Positions 1-15,200 are shown, counted from the first letter of the stretch. The stretch is 64,000 nt of DNA from Phoronis australis (GCA_002633005.1 NMRA01000068.1:25036-89035), one strand, 5' to 3'. Numbers and translations are program-made. The notes: a model not told the origin generated them from the letters alone.

Positions 1-499
1 ATTCTGTACCACAGCTACCACCAGAGAATAGTTTTTGAAAACTTATGGGCATTCGCAAACGTGTTGTGAACCTTTGAAAAATGAAAACAGGCAAATCTGA
101 TAATTATTGGAGTCGGATATTGGTGAGGTTTTACTGTAGTTCAAGCCAAAGTCGAAAAAATCATGTAAATCTAGTTCAATTTTTACATTTAAAGCCATCA
201 ATAAACTCTCAGTATTCCGTCCATAGTGTTGCCATCTGCAATTAGGAACGTAAGCCAACTCCCCATATCGAAAACCAAAAATAGAAAGTCCTATCCCAAA
301 TTGTTAATGAAAATAACTGTGGCATTGCATGGAACTTTAAGTGCTTAATTTTCTTAAACTTAATTTGAATGTTTCCACATTATTCTCAGCTTGAAGTATT
401 GTGTATTTTCAGGGTCTCCAGCACCAGGTCATGTCTGTCTTAGCCTCTTGCTTTTAGGAATGCATCTGGCTAGTTAAGAAGCAGTGGCTTCAGGTCGCA

Positions 500-1140
500 T
501 TTAGCCGACACTAGTTGACACGGAACAACCAACAGAGAACGAGATGATCAGATGCAACTTTTGTTGTCCATTTCTTAGAGAAGGTAAATTGTTCCTGATC
601 ATCTCGTTCTGTATCATCTATCAACCTCAACACAAAAGTGGAAAGGCAGAAAAGATCATCTCAATTGCACTTGAGCAGCAGCATACATACGAGTGATCAT
701 TTTGACCATTCAACGACTTGTCTTTCAGCTTCATTTTGTCAATTTCTATACCGGTTATGTCTGCAACAACCTGCTTAAACCCTGCTAGTTTGCACCAACA
801 GAGCGATAAAGAGCATAATGCTGTTTGTTCGTGCTCTTGATGCTGGAAGATGGCCAAACACTGTTGAGGTGACTTCCAAGATCCGACATTCTACATCTGC
901 ATGGTTATACAGTTGTTGCTACTCTGATGTTGACATGCCATGGTGACAAAAAACGTACATAACAGCTGGAATTCTACATGGTTTTGGGCATTCACCACTG
1001 TTAACCAGAGGGTACCCTGACTATCTTGTGACTGACTTTTGTACTGATTCAGTTTAAAGTAATGTACAAAAAGAATTGACACAGATCAACTTGTGCCAAG
1101 ACAACTCCTTCGGTTCCGTGTCAAGTGTGTCTTGTAAAAG
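500..1140. mobile_element. Decayed Harbinger-type MITE, same family as 19566-20221 and 46246-46644 (opposite orientation)
   Basis: Shares GTTGACACGGAAC, GAACGAGATG and AAAAGATCATCTC blocks with the reverse complement of 46246-46644; own inverted ends gacacggaac / gttccgtgtc. Confidence 0.5.
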
Positions 1141-1302
1141 CGACTACTGACAACAAATAATGAAAAGAATTAGGTTATGTATTGTTCTAATTTAAAAAGA
1201 TGGTGGGCAAGGTGATCGCAATAAAGTTTCTCTCTCAGTTTGAACAATCAGCAAATGTTTTATACTTTTTTGCCTTTAAAGCTGCTATGGATCAACATTA
1301 AC

Positions 1303-1463
1303 TAAAAACTAAGTTTAGATTTAGACCGTTTACCATAACTATAAAAACTAAGTTTAGATTTAGACTGTTTACCATAATTCTAAAAACTAAGTTTAGATTT
1401 AGACCACTTACCATAATTCTAAAGAACTAATTTTAGATATAGGCCATCTACCGTAATGCTAAA
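1303..1463. repeat. 39-bp minisatellite, 4 copies
   Basis: TAAAAACTAAGTTTAGATTTAGACC...ACCATAA starting at 1303, 1342, 1381, 1420. Confidence 0.9.
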
Positions 1464-3208
1464 AGCCACAATACGAGGCTTTTCACTCAGATTAGAAGTG
1501 ATTTCTGGACTTGAGAAGAACTGACACTTTGTCTTTTGATGTGAGAAGGCTCCATCTAAAAGAATTAGGTTGACGCCACACAACAATGACCTGTCACTTA
1601 ATGTCCAGCATGAAACAGCACCAAACACGGATTCAACTAAGTCCCCTAAATATTGTGCATATTTGCGTCTTTGTTTACCCACATATATGGTTTTCTATCT
1701 GTTCATCTTCATTAGGAGTACCACTCAGTACCATTTTCTAATATGTTTAAAAACCAAGTCCTAATTTCTATGAAAATAAATAGCAACTTCTTACGTAAAT
1801 AATGTTGTTCACATGAAAAGATACGAATTGACTTTTAACAATTATATTGAAAGTTCAATGTAGAGTTTACTGTCAGTATATATCAAACCCCAAAATAGAC
1901 TAAACAGTGTTAATGTTTCTATAAAAATAAACAGGAACATATTTCGTAAATTAAGTTGTTTGCATGAAAATATCCCAATCGATTTTCAATAATATTGAAA
2001 ATTCAATGTAGAGTTCACTGTCAGTATATACCAAATCCAAAAAATTGACCAGTCGTGAAAATGAAACTGTATAAAGAAAGACAACCGTGTTTTCACAAGT
2101 CCATAGATGTGGTAAAAAGTTAAGAAACATTACTGAGTTTCTATTTGGGAGTTGGGACTGTTCCACACAATGGGCCACTCAAGCCCACAAAACACTAAAT
2201 CTAACCTGAGTTATGACAGAGACAATTTTATAATGATCGTAATCTAAGGTTACCTACTTTTTGTTCGAATGCAAGTAGCAAACAGCTTTGAAACACATTA
2301 CAATACATCCTAAGATTTCACATTTTGTCTTAAGGCGCATTTGTACAGTTTACACAACAATTAACTTTTACACATAATTCAGTATACAAAAACAATTGTT
2401 TATACTGTTCATTAATAGTTTGTTTCTGTTACTTTTGAAATGACCACAATAAAGATAAATTGCCTCTGGACTTGCTCGTTTTATTTGAAGGCCAACCAAG
2501 TAGCAATGAGGAAATCTTCAAATATTTTTGTATTCCTAATTAATTTGCTGAAATTGTTAAAAAAATCAAGTACAGCAATACACAAAATGTACCGAGAGTG
2601 GTGTACACGAAGTAATATCCCACGAGACATTATTCCGCGTATCGACTGAGACCGATACGCGGATTAAGGTCGAGTCGACAATGGCCTACCTTTTGAACTT
2701 TCCATATCAGAGTTCGCTGTTGAAGTAGTGCGGGAGGTGAATGCCGAAAACTTTATTTCATGGCCGTATTTCCCTCGACAGATTCAATGCGAGTGGGATA
2801 AAAGACAATAAATCACACACACGCAGGCATGTACAGTGTGAGTTTTTTTCTGTTTGAAATAAAAAATTGAAGACAAAAATGAAGTATTTACAAAGAAAAT
2901 GTCAATCTTTCTTTTTTATCTAAATGCAACCTGCAGTATCTATAATTAACAAGGTTCAAACACACCACATAAACAAGGGTCACACTGCTGTGATCACCTC
3001 TATAGTCCATTGTTAAAACAATTAATACGCATATTTCAAGGAACTCATTTGTTGCCAAGGAAACCACGGTAGCAAAACACAACATTGAAATAACCTTGTA
3101 CACGACAATAATAAAATAGAGTGAACGGTGATTCTGATGCTACAAGATTAATACGACACTCGTAACGGAGGTACCGTATTGCTAGCACAGTTGAAAAACT
3201 GCGGAAGG

Positions 3209-6200
3209 ATGAGCTCTGTTGGAGTTGCAACAGTGGTAAGTAAGTTTAAAATACAAACTATGAATGATCAATACTACAAAAAATAGTAGTTGTAATTCAG
3301 AATAAACAAGCATGTCATGAGCTTATTCAATTCATATTGTGGGGATATTGGGTCAATTAGTCATGTACACAATGCTGTAAAGTTTCCACCTAGGTCTAAC
3401 TATAATTACTACTAATCAACTTACTTTAAGTACTGTAACCAACCATCTCAGATTACACCATCTCCCAATTTTTGGGAGAAAAAACTTTTCAGTGTCCACG
3501 CTTAAGAAAATAATGCAGTAACCCAAACTGAAAATTTACCAAAGGTTACTGTATTGGGGATTTGACAACAAAAAATCGATAAGTCATTTGTAGCGTATAA
3601 ATGACAAATTAGCCAATAACCAAGTAATAGCCTTTTCACCCAAGAACACTACATGTGAATAAGCATTTTCAAATAACACCGATGACCTATAAGCATGCAT
3701 GCTCATTGATCGGTAATGATAAGATACATTAAAGAATTTGAATTTGTTGAAAAAATATCTATTAGGAATACTTTGTAAAGTTAAGAAGTTCAGATAATAA
3801 CCGTTTATGGTGAACTCGTACCAGTTTTGGACAAAACTAAATGCCAAGGGAAATGCTAAGCATTGAAGTGCACACAGGACTGATATCGTATGCCTAGATG
3901 TATTCATCAGTGTAACGAAAATGGCCACTAGATGGCGCAGAATATATGAGCCCATCTGAAAATGGAAAGTCGTTGTCATCTACTTAATAGAAAATTATTT
4001 GTGAAATTTCACGAAAATACATCAAAGAACTTCAAAAGATAAACCCAAAATGCCTTAAAAAATTCAAAACTACCACTAGGAAGCATATTGGCAGTCAGAT
4101 CCAGCCAAAAAGTCATCAGGTCTCATCACAGGAACAAACTTGCAAAACTTTACAAAGATTCCACCGCTTGGTTTAGGATATAGACAAACAGATGCAAAAC
4201 GCCACTAGGAAGTGCTACAGTAGTCGGACACCATTATCTATTCTTTTTCAACTCATATCCTATACCTATTTTTGAAATTGTGAATCCGTCCTTATAGGAA
4301 CTACTGTCATCTAACTGCCAGTACAATTTTTAACTGTCAGTTCTCATTTATTCTGGATTACACAAGCATATGAACAAGAGACATGACCCAATCACCAAGA
4401 TGTGACTTTCAAATGCACAAATCAAAATTTGACAAGTTTCTGTTACGGGAAAACTACTTTCCCACTTGGAATGTAAGCTCATTGAACAACTGGGTGGGTC
4501 TTTATTTTTCACTTCCTTAATTCAACAAGTAATGGTAATTTCAAGAGTGGCACCGCTGGACATAATAAGCTTATTAATCTAGGGTGCTGTGCAACAAGAA
4601 AACGAACAAGTAGTAAAATCAGAAGCCATGCCCAACATTACAGATTATTGTATAAATCACACCGGCCAAGGTTGTATCTGGTTTACAACTGGAAGGTCAG
4701 CATTGAAATGGATTACACCCATTACTAGGAGACAAACTGAACTGATTATCTAAACACATGTAAAACACAATTATACCAATTCTGTTCTTTATTGGTGAAG
4801 TCAGTTCAAGATCATAACTTAGTATGGTTCAAAGAGTTTTAATTCTATAGGAAATTCTTGGTCTGTAACGTACAAGTGAGAGTCAACAGTGAAACACTAA
4901 AACCTATAGAATATACATTTCAACCTTGTTTAGTTTGACAAGATTGTTAGCTGCTAGCCATACACAATAGATGGCACTGCACATCAACTATCTCATCTGT
5001 ATATGCAAGGGAATCCTCAAAAGGAATAGTCTTCCTTGCAAAATTTTTTAAGTGTCTCTTTCCTCTCCCAGGATTAGTGTTATTTGAGAATCCACTGTAC
5101 GGTCCTTGACAACATAATGCAACTGTCCCCTTCAGCTTGCTAATACAATAAAACATTTACAAATAATTCATGGGTACAATTGGGAAACACTTGTTTAGAG
5201 TGACAGCCCATGGCCTACCAAGGATACACTCATCAATTCGCTCTCCTTTTCACTTAGTAGATTTTACAAAGAATTCACTTAAACAACTCAAAACTTCTGT
5301 AAATGAACTCCAGGCAGAACACAGAACATAATGCACGAGTTAAAGTTTTAAATGTGCCAAACAGTATTTTTAAATGTGACCCGAGGGGATCAGGAAATTT
5401 CAAGGCAATAATACGAGGAACAAAGCAAATTTTTACTATGTTCATTTATTATTTGGCGGAATTCTGGGAATTCCGACAAGTATGTTGGTCTGACAGCAAG
5501 TTTTTTCTGTTTGTTCGCTCTCAACAGGTCGCAATTTTCGTCAGATTCACACGAAATTTGCACACAACGTGTAGATCAGAATGTCCTGGAAGCCTATTCT
5601 TCTTGGTCATGATCGGATTCAAAATGGCGGACATGGTGGCCATTTTGTTTCCGGTTTCAGATTCAAATGCTCATAGTGGCCGCATTTTTTGACGCACAAG
5701 GCTGAAAGTTGGCAATTTAGATAGAGTTTTGGACGGGCTATCAGAAGATATTTTTCATTTTTCGCTATGTCTTCTTTTTGAATTATTCGAGATTTTCTGA
5801 TAGCCCTGTTCCTTTATTGACAGCTCTTGCTGCACTGATGTTGGTTTAGCTTCTGTTGAACAAGACCATGAAGACATTGCTCATAGAGGCAGCATTTTTT
5901 GACGTGCAGGGCTGAAAATTGGTACGATTATTATAGCACACAAGCACTACAACTGCGCTGTAAATCTTTAACTTCCGGTCTTGGTGGCGGAAATATCAGC
6001 AATGGCGCACGCGCACCTCGATAACTAGCCGAAAATGTTTTCTCCTGTAGAGGGCACATTGGCGAACCAATCATTTTCAAACTGGTCACGTGTTTCTTGC
6101 TTTTGATCAGCTTTTATAAAATTTTGTTGAACCGCAAGTCACTTTCGAGATGGCGGCTCTGGCGAATTTTCACCCATTTTCGATCGTTCTGCAGTCACAT

Positions 6201-9200
6201 TTTGAACGGGAAGAGCAAATGACGTAAATTTTTGCATGTGGATTCCTTGAGGTATGCTCTTTCAAAAGTTGCGTGATAACGTTTTTGTCAGACTTACTGC
6301 TTTCGAGTTATTTGACTTGGAATTTCAAAAAACGCAAAATTCCAATTTTTCCAAAAATTCAAGGAATGTTGCAAAACTGCCAGGTTATATAGTTTTGAAC
6401 GGACTTTCAGAAGATATTTTTAATTTGTCACTAGGACGTCTACTTTTTGAATGATTCAAGAGTTTCTGAAAACGCTGTTCAGTTGTTGACCAATTTTGCT
6501 GTTCGCCAAGTGTCCCTCAAGACTGTATGTAGCCTATAAACTGATTTCTCACATCTTTTCTAATCACATGAGTGTTATAGTGTTGCTCATAATCGCCACC
6601 TTCATCATCACAATCATCATCGTCGTTAATTTCGCCTAGTGTCGCTCATGATTGTAGGTAACACTGAACAGTCAGGTCGCGGCCACGGGTTTTCTAGTGC
6701 CTACAATTCATATATGTCAGGTTTGGCTCATTGTTCGAGGAATTTGTTGAAAACAGAAGCCAGGAAACTGATTTACGTGACTGTGTTTTTGAATGAGAAA
6801 TGCCAGGTTTTTACCTACTTTTGATGCAAACCGGTGACTGTCATTTGTTATCAAGCTCTGTCGTCTGCCGTCCGAGAAACCCGGTGCGTGAACAAGACTG
6901 CAGCCTATTTCTTAGTGCTTTCTTCGCTACTCACATGAATGTTATCGTGTTGTTCATAATCACCACTTTCATCATCATGGTCGTCGTTGTCCTCCCCATC
7001 GTCATCTTTTGCATTAATTTCTCCAAGTGTCGCTCCTCCTAAGCGCTCTTGCACTGTTGTCACTTTACCGGCTACTGAACAAGACTGCAGCCTATTTCTT
7101 AACTGATTTCTTCGCCAGTCCCAGAAATGTTATCGTGTTGCTCATAATTGCCGCCTTCATCGTCATTATCGTCGTCATCCTCCCCATCGTCGTCTTTTCG
7201 ATTAATTTCGCCAAGTGTCGCTCCTACGAGTGCTCTCGCACTGTTGTCACTTTATCGGCTATTGAACAAGACTGCAGCCTATTTCTGACTGATTTCTTCG
7301 CTAGTCACATGAATGTTGATGTGCTGTTCATAATTACCACCTTCATCGTCATGATCGTCGTCGTCCTCCCCATCGTCGTCTCTTCCATTAATTTCGCCAA
7401 GTGTCTCTCCTCCGAGCACTCTCGCACTGTTGTCACTAAATTACCGGCTATTGAACAAGACTGCAGCCTATTTCTTACTGATTTCTTCGCTAGTCCCATG
7501 AATGTTAAAGTGTTGTTCATAATTGCCGTCTTCATCGTCATGATCTTCGTCATCCTCCCCACCGTCGTCTTTTCGATTAATTTCACCAAGTGTAGCTCCA
7601 GTTCGAGTGCTCTCGTTTCAGATTTCATCAACCTTATTGGTCATCATTATCACACCATCTGGGGGTAAGTATGTAAAACTTTGTAAAAACATGTGAAAAT
7701 GTTTTAGATTTCTTAAAAAGTGACATTTGAAAGAACATATTTATCCAGTAACAGATCAGAAAAAACAAAAAGGTCTGTTCGGTTTGCATAAACGTTGTTC
7801 GCTGGATAGCAACAATCTCATTTACTATACCATGTCACGTTGCTATTGTTCAACAACGCTTTTGACGTCACGCAATAATGAAATGTATCCAAAAACAGAG
7901 CTTTTAGTTTCATGTAACTCAGCTTTGATTTTCACATCAAGTAACATAACCAACGAATCTCACAATCCTTGTGAAGGTTATGCACAACATTACTGATAAG
8001 TCTGTGTATTTAACCAAATATCTATGATTTTAACTTGGTAAAAGTATATATTTTCTGATAGTAGAAAGTCTGCAGAATTTGACTTTTTACCAATCTGGCA
8101 TTGATTAGGCCACATGATCATGTCTTCTTAGTAAAATTTAGCAAAAATCTAAGGTACGTTGATAGCAAAACAACGCTTTCAAAAACATGATCAAATTTTA
8201 TGATGCAAATGTCCAAGGCGAGTTTTGTAATACATCATTTCGTTTTTGCCTTGTTCATAAGATATCGTGTTTCAACGTTATCCAAATTTGTCCATTTCGC
8301 TAGGGTGCTGCATAACATTAAAGTGTAACTTGCACGTTAATTCCTTATCTAAGTGATTGCTTGGTCAAATTAGTTAGAAACACAACTTATGGCCATGATG
8401 TGAATATGAAGTAGGTTGAAACCGCAAAATGTGCTTTAAAGGCCCTTTCATATTGACTTAACTTCGGCCTGAGCACGACGTAAACAGCGCAGTTAACTGG
8501 ACCGTTCATACTGGCTTCGGTAGTTAATGAACATCGAAGTAAGCAGTTGGTGCCGCTGTCGTCATTGAAGTTATCGCAAGGTAGTGTTGCACACTAAGAG
8601 TTTTTTCAATGTTTTAAGAATGATTCCATATAAAAACCATATGAAAATAAAAAATCACTATATACTCAAAAATTCATACAGAACTAATACTTTGTGCATG
8701 TGTTGGGATGCTGGCCCAAATTACACTGCCGCAATATTTGCACCCAATGACCTTTGGTTACCGAGATATGACCTATTTGGCTATAAAGTCATATTTTGCA
8801 TTTTTTATGTCAGTAAAACTGCATTTTTTGAACGGCAAAAAATCAGACTTGGAAAACTGGTGACAAAGTTTGACATTGATGGTCATAAAGACTCATGTAA
8901 GGTTAGTAAGAAAATGAAATTTGCAACTCATAGGTACAATTAAATTTCCAGCAGGGGAGAAAACTCCGAGTCCACTTTTCAGACCAGTCACAAGTGGCAA
9001 GATGTTGCTTAACCTGCCTGCTATATCGGAATATATTCGAAGTTGAAATTCTCTTTGTAGACACTTCTAAGGTTGAACGTTGATAATTGCTTTTAAAAAA
9101 ACTTGTCTCTTATATATTTAGTTTTAAACGTGGCCTTCGAATTTGGGCATTTTTGTGATGGGGCCTCATTCTGACTGACAAGAGAGTTGAGGCTACTCTT

Positions 9201-12200
9201 TTAGTTTAGAGATATCTCCTAAAATATCTGATCTAATATCAACAATGCAATATCACAAAAAATTAAATTTCACTTTTGAGACCTCAATTTTCTAAAACAC
9301 CCCATTCTTTGTTTAACTTTACCAATAGCACTTTAGGGTTCGAGATTACATGCACTTCCTGTCACTGCAAAGAATGTGGAGGAATTTCCTTCTTGTACAT
9401 TTGGTCAATTTTCGTTACATACGTGTGATCGCGGAGGAAATGTGGCCTTCATTAGGTGTGTTAAAGACGTCAGAAGTCATCTGAGGTCGTGCAAAGTGTC
9501 ACAGAAGTTTGAAACTATATCGGAATTACAGCTGATTCTTGCCAGAGCGGCAGAGCTGGAGATAGGAGGTTGGACTGGCAAACCAATGGAAATGCGCCGT
9601 TATGGCGTTATATATTTTATACATCAACATGAGTTTGGACTTGGTTTTAGACAAAAAACTGACGTGCTGTTGTCACGAACACAAAGAATTTTGTCAGAGA
9701 TATAAACCAGGAACAAGCAAAACAGGATCTGATGTCATCTCTCACCCCACACCAAGTTTTGGTTGTAATGGATTTTGCAATGAAGTTCATACCCATCAGT
9801 TTCCGTGAAGCACAGTCCGATTGGTTTGGTAAAAAGGATGTCATGGCACGTGGCGGCTTGTATCACAAAGAAAGGTGAAAGCCATCAGGTAAAAATAAAT
9901 CCTCAATTAGTATTCAAGGTGTTACAAAGTAATTCTCATATGTGCTCAATATTAAACAGAAAGCCAGTGAAGAACAATGTTGTTGTCTTTACCTCTTTTT
10001 AGTATATTGATTTACTGTAACAGTATAAGATACAGGGAGTGTGCACTTAATATCTAGTCTTTTTTCTGCCATTTCCCAACAAAAGCTTGGCAGTGATGCA
10101 TTATTTTTCTCTTAGTAGATTTTGCACACAAGAATTCATTTTAACTGAAGCCATTTTGTACTTATGGATGATTTTCATATCTTTGTGAAGGGGAAATTTC
10201 CCCCTCCCTAGAAAGAGGAAGGAGATACTGATATAATAACCGTGTTGAGACGAACCATGTTTGAAGTTGAGTGGTGTGATTGCGGTTTAGGTGGTAATAA
10301 GATATAATAAGGTAGTTCTTTAAACTAGTTGACCTATTTGAGTTACATAATTATTTTATTTCAGGTACATACTTACATCCATACTCTAGATGCCTGCAAG
10401 CAAGACTTTTTCATTGTTTGCTGTTTAACGCTAGATGTGCTAAGGCAGGTGAAAGCTAGGGATCCACAAATAACGGAAGCTTTCCTACACTCCGACAATG
10501 CCAATTGTTACCATTCAGCCGCCCTTCTGATTCATTTGTTCTACATATCTGGTAACACCGGCATCTCCATTCTGCGNNNNNNNNNNNNNNNNNNNNNNNN
10601 NNNNNNNNNNNNNNNNNNNNNNNNNNNNNNNNNNNNNNNNNNNNNNNNNNNNNNNNNNNNNNNNNNNNNNNNNNNNNNNNNNNNNNNNNNNNNNNNNNNN
10701 NNNNNNNNNNNNNNNNNNNNNNNNNNNNNNNNNNNNNNNNNNNNNNNNNNNNNNNNNNNNNNNNNNNNNNNNNNNNNNNNNNNNNNNNNNNNNNNNNNNN
10801 NNNNNNNNNNNNNNNNNNNNNNNNNNNNNNNNNNNNNNNNNNNNNNNNNNNNNNNNNNNNNNNNNNNNNNNNNNNNNNNNNNNNNNNNNNNNNNNNNNNN
10901 NNNNNNNNNNNNNNNNNNNNNNNNNNNNNNNNNNNNNNNNNNNNNNNNNNNNNNNNNNNNNNNNNNNNNNNNNNNNNNNNNNNNNNNNNNNNNNNNNNNN
11001 NNNNNNNNNNNNNNNNNNNNNNNNNNNNNNNNNNNNNNNNNNNNNNNNNNNNNNNNNNNNNNNNNNNNNNNNNNNNNNNNNNNNNNNNNNNNNNNNNNNN
11101 NNNNNNNNNNNNNNNNNNNNNNNNNNNNNNNNNNNNNNNNNNNNNNNNNNNNNNNNNNNNNNNNNNNNNNNNNNNNNNNNNNNNNNNNNNNNNNNNNNNN
11201 NNNNNNNNNNNNNNNNNNNNNNNNNNNNNNNNNNNNNNNNNNNNNNNNNNNNNNNNNNNNNAGTCATGAATGAGTTATCATCATAAACTGTAGGAAATTA
11301 TGAACATGTTTTAGTTGTTGTCTATTCTTACGATATTGTTGTGGTCATCATTATCGTAGCTAGGGGACTGGGGTCCACCCTGGGCGAAATTGGAAAAAAA
11401 TGGAATATGACGCGAATTAGGGGCTTCCATGGGGGAGAGATTTGAGTGGTGGCCGTTTGGGGAAAATAATCCAAGCCACTGATGGTCAACATTGAAATCT
11501 TCTGTCACTTTTTATTAGCGTTTTTTGTTTTATGTTCAGTTTGAGACTTGTAAAGCATACTTTTTACATGATTGATTCTCTTGAAACTACTGAGATTTTT
11601 AAAGGAGTGATTATCTAGTTTTGAGAAACGTCTGTCTTAGACATGTGTACTGAGCAAAATAAAAAGACTTTGTGTTTCAGTAGCTCTTGTTTTCTTCAAA
11701 CAAAATGCAGCTTTTTGAAGTGTTGTGTAGAAATGCATCATACACTAAACCTAGCATACCTTCAAGAAACTGTGGTTTTGAGTCCGTCGCATGAACGAAA
11801 TTTACATATTGTGAAACTTTTAGCTGGTAAGTCGCAACAACACCCAATTGCTTAAATACTGGTTTGGAAAGCCGGTATCTTAGATATCACTGAAAGTATT
11901 ATGTTTTCAATCGTAAATATCCGTACCTGTTATTTTTCTGAAATTGCAAATTCCACTGGCGCGCTGCCACCATGCTCGGTCGCTTTTGTGTAGTACAAGA
12001 AGCATTGCATGACACTTTGTATGTCCAATAACACGACACTTCTGCTCGTATCCACCGTCCTCTTTTCACGTGTGATTTCGAAGATCTTGATTAGTTTTAG
12101 TATGAACTTTGCTAATAGTTTTATAGGACTTTTTCATGCGCATATTCAGGGATTTGTCCAGGAGGTCTGAAAATGGTCCAGCATGCACTGCAGGCAGTGC

Positions 12201-15200
12201 GTGGGATTCTTAGTCAGTTACGGTGTTTGAAAACTGGCCAAGCAATGGGTAATGGGCACCCTTAATAAGATTAAAACATGCTTCTCTGAAGTATGAGATG
12301 GTGATGGGGTTGTATTATTAACTCATAAGTTCATTAAAATTGACTTTTTTGTTTTCTGTAATCCTATAACAAATTTTTATTTTTGCACCAGCAAAATTGA
12401 AAATCCGCGAAGAAAAAATCTCTCATACAGCTTCCCATGATCTCCTTCGTCACTAATGTAGCAAAACGAATGATATTTGTTCTATTTGGCATCTTGGTCG
12501 ATAGATAATTGCACAATTGAGTAGCGCCTCCTAGAGTCTTTTACTCAAACTGACAGTCACAGATTGGCAGAAAAGTGTGTTAAGTGAGTTATGTAAAAAA
12601 CTGACAGCACAAAAACTATGAAAGAGACAAGATTTTTTATTCTTGCGTTGGACTGAACAAAGACAGCAGTAACAGATGGAAGTTAGCTCATGTTCCAAAA
12701 GAATCCGATATAGATTTGGGAGAGTGATAAAAATGCGTAAAAATGGCCTTAATTATAAGCAGTGAAAATGACATTTTTGTAGGCTAAAATGGGAGGACAT
12801 AAAAAATTAAAAAATCCATCCGAACTAGTTTTTCATGTACGTTATTCTTTCTTCTTTCTGCTATATAGTTATTTTTTTCTATAGCGTGAAGCGATGATGT
12901 GTTGTTGCTGACAAAAAGTCACCTACTTCCAAGTACTATTATTTGCTATTTTTCGGAAAAAGTACAAAGTGGTCGCAAAAAGGGTTTAAGAAAACTCGGA
13001 AACTCTTAAAAATTTAGGCTCAGGTTTCTTTTGACAAGGCCAGCTGACATGCTAAGTTTCAAAAAAATTGGTGATTTTGCATATATAGCCCACCATCTGG
13101 TTTTTATATGGAATTGCTCTTAATTTGGAAACATTTACATGTGCTAAGTGACATTAAACTTATTTTTAAACTCACCAGATTGGTTATTATTAGAGCAACA
13201 CATAAGCAGCTATTAGTGACAGCTCTACCTTGTAAGTGTTGACGATAACAGTGGCACCTGGCAATAACTTCGATTCGACCGAAGTTAAGCGTTCATACTG
13301 CACCACAACGTCGATGCTGTGCTATTAAATCCACCTGTTAACTGCGATGTTAACTGCGATCCAGGAATGGAGTTAAGCGTTCATACTGACCGCAACTCCC
13401 CAAACCATCGACACGTCGACGTTAGTATGAAAGGCCCTTATGATGGAGTTTTGTGGCGAAAATGATCTGTCGCAAACCATTGAACTGTATCCAGTAAGAA
13501 TTGTGACACGGTGCTAGGAATAACACTGCATGGTGCAGGCTATCAGAGCCTGCAAAGTACATCATTACTGCTAAGGTCACCAGAAGGTTTTGTTTTCACA
13601 TTTACAAGTTGTCAATGAATGCAACTGCACGATGTTTAGCATAGATTATGTTAAAATAGCATAGCTGTTTAGTACCTGGTATACATTGGCTATGAGCATT
13701 CTTTAAAAGCAAAAGTTGTTGATCATGTGAACCTGAGAGGGCTTCTTGATGAAAAATGTTTACATGATCACAGCTAACTGAAACTGACACTGAAACTATC
13801 ATCTACGTTATCACAAAAATATGTACACACCTTGTAAGACCAGGTAAAAAATACACATGCTTATCGTTTTGGCTCAACTTGAAATCAGCCCAAGGGGCCC
13901 CTTTCGATCATTTGTCATTGCAGGAAGTCTTGTCACAGACCCTTCAGATGAAGTTTGACAAATTACCGCACTCAGTCCACACATTAAGACCCAGCCTCAT
14001 CCCCCAAGCTTCAAGATGGCACTGACAGGTTTAGCCACTTGGGACTTGGTTATGGGAAACAAAATGTGTCACAATTTTGACACATTTTTACAGAAATCGC
14101 CAAATATCACCAGTACTATAATTTTGAAATTTTCTGCAGTTTTATATAATATGAAAACTAACGGTATATTGCAGCAATTTAGGTCTAAATTATTGCAATA
14201 ATGATGCATTTTGATTCGAAAACAGATTAATTAGTACACTATTAATAAAAAGAATTGAAAATAATTAAAATTTACCTTTGTTCTAATGAAGTCAAGACAG
14301 CGGCCAATCATTGAGCAGAAGCCCAACCAAGCCTCAAATGCCTACACCGATAAGCGCCATTTTGAGGCTTGGGGATGAGGCAGCACATAGGCCATCATAT
14401 ACAAAAATTCGGATGCACAAAATGGACAAACTGTGCATTCCAATGTAGAAACTAAATAACTTGGAGCCGTTCTTGCCGTGGCATTCAAATTACTGACATC
14501 ACAATTCCTATAACATAAGTGGCTTCTGAATGCAATTACATTATTGTTACTTGAATGCATATTACCAAGTCACAAAGTCATCCATTGAATTTCATTTATT
14601 TTTCAAAAGCATCCATCTTTCAACACCATTTTAAGAATGCTGTTTACTAAAGATTGTTCAAAAGTTTCAGACAGGCATGGTGGGGTCATGGAGGGGTCAT
14701 TTCAATGACATGTTTTTCCCATATAGGCATAGTGTAGGAAAATGCAGTCAAGCTCACAATGTCACAGAGCAATGCCTGGAATGTAATGATTGGCAAACAA
14801 TGCTACGAACAAACAACAAAAAAACCACAAGAGAGTAAGCTCAAAGTCGACATCTCGCACTTTCAATAAGTAATTCTGCATTATGCTGACATTTTATTTT
14901 TACCAGGACCAATATAGTAATGACATCTCATTTTGTATACACCAGCGAGTCCAAAGTTAAATGATTCACTAATATATGTTATATAAGGAAATGGTATAAG
15001 ACTTGAATCCTTATTTGATGAAATGAAGTTTTGCCAACTACATGTCGTGAAACATTCTTGCTTGCTTATTTGGTTGTTTCTACGCATTTCCAATTCGATT
15101 ATGATAGCATTCAATTTGAAGTCCATTGTTTTTGGTGAAAATCGAACTCATGATAGCACTATGACAGCTGCCCTTCCATTTTTTAATCGGAGTCATAGCT

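Larger units (their letters stand above)
8440..13438. mobile_element. PIF/Harbinger-like MITE split by a large insertion
   Basis: TIRs AGGCCCTTTCATATTGAC (8440) and GTTAGTATGAAAGGCCCT (13438), TAA/TAT flanks. Arms 8440-8600 and 13210-13438 are partly inverted copies of each other. Confidence 0.65.

Noticed and set aside
1303-1463. Regular repeats that could look like a CRISPR array
   Set aside because: No unique spacers, no cas genes, eukaryotic context; a plain minisatellite.
4947-5156. Minus-strand ORF as a possible terminal exon of TCF25
   Set aside because: No similarity to the TCF25 C-terminus or any family I recognise.
7027-7668. 213-aa hydrophobic ORF resembling a multi-pass membrane protein
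   Set aside because: It is the translation of the 187-bp tandem repeat; the period is not a multiple of 3 and the ATC/GTC-rich DNA explains the hydrophobicity.
10329-11273. Long 314-aa and 250-aa ORFs
   Set aside because: Length comes from the N gap; only 10365-10576 is informative.
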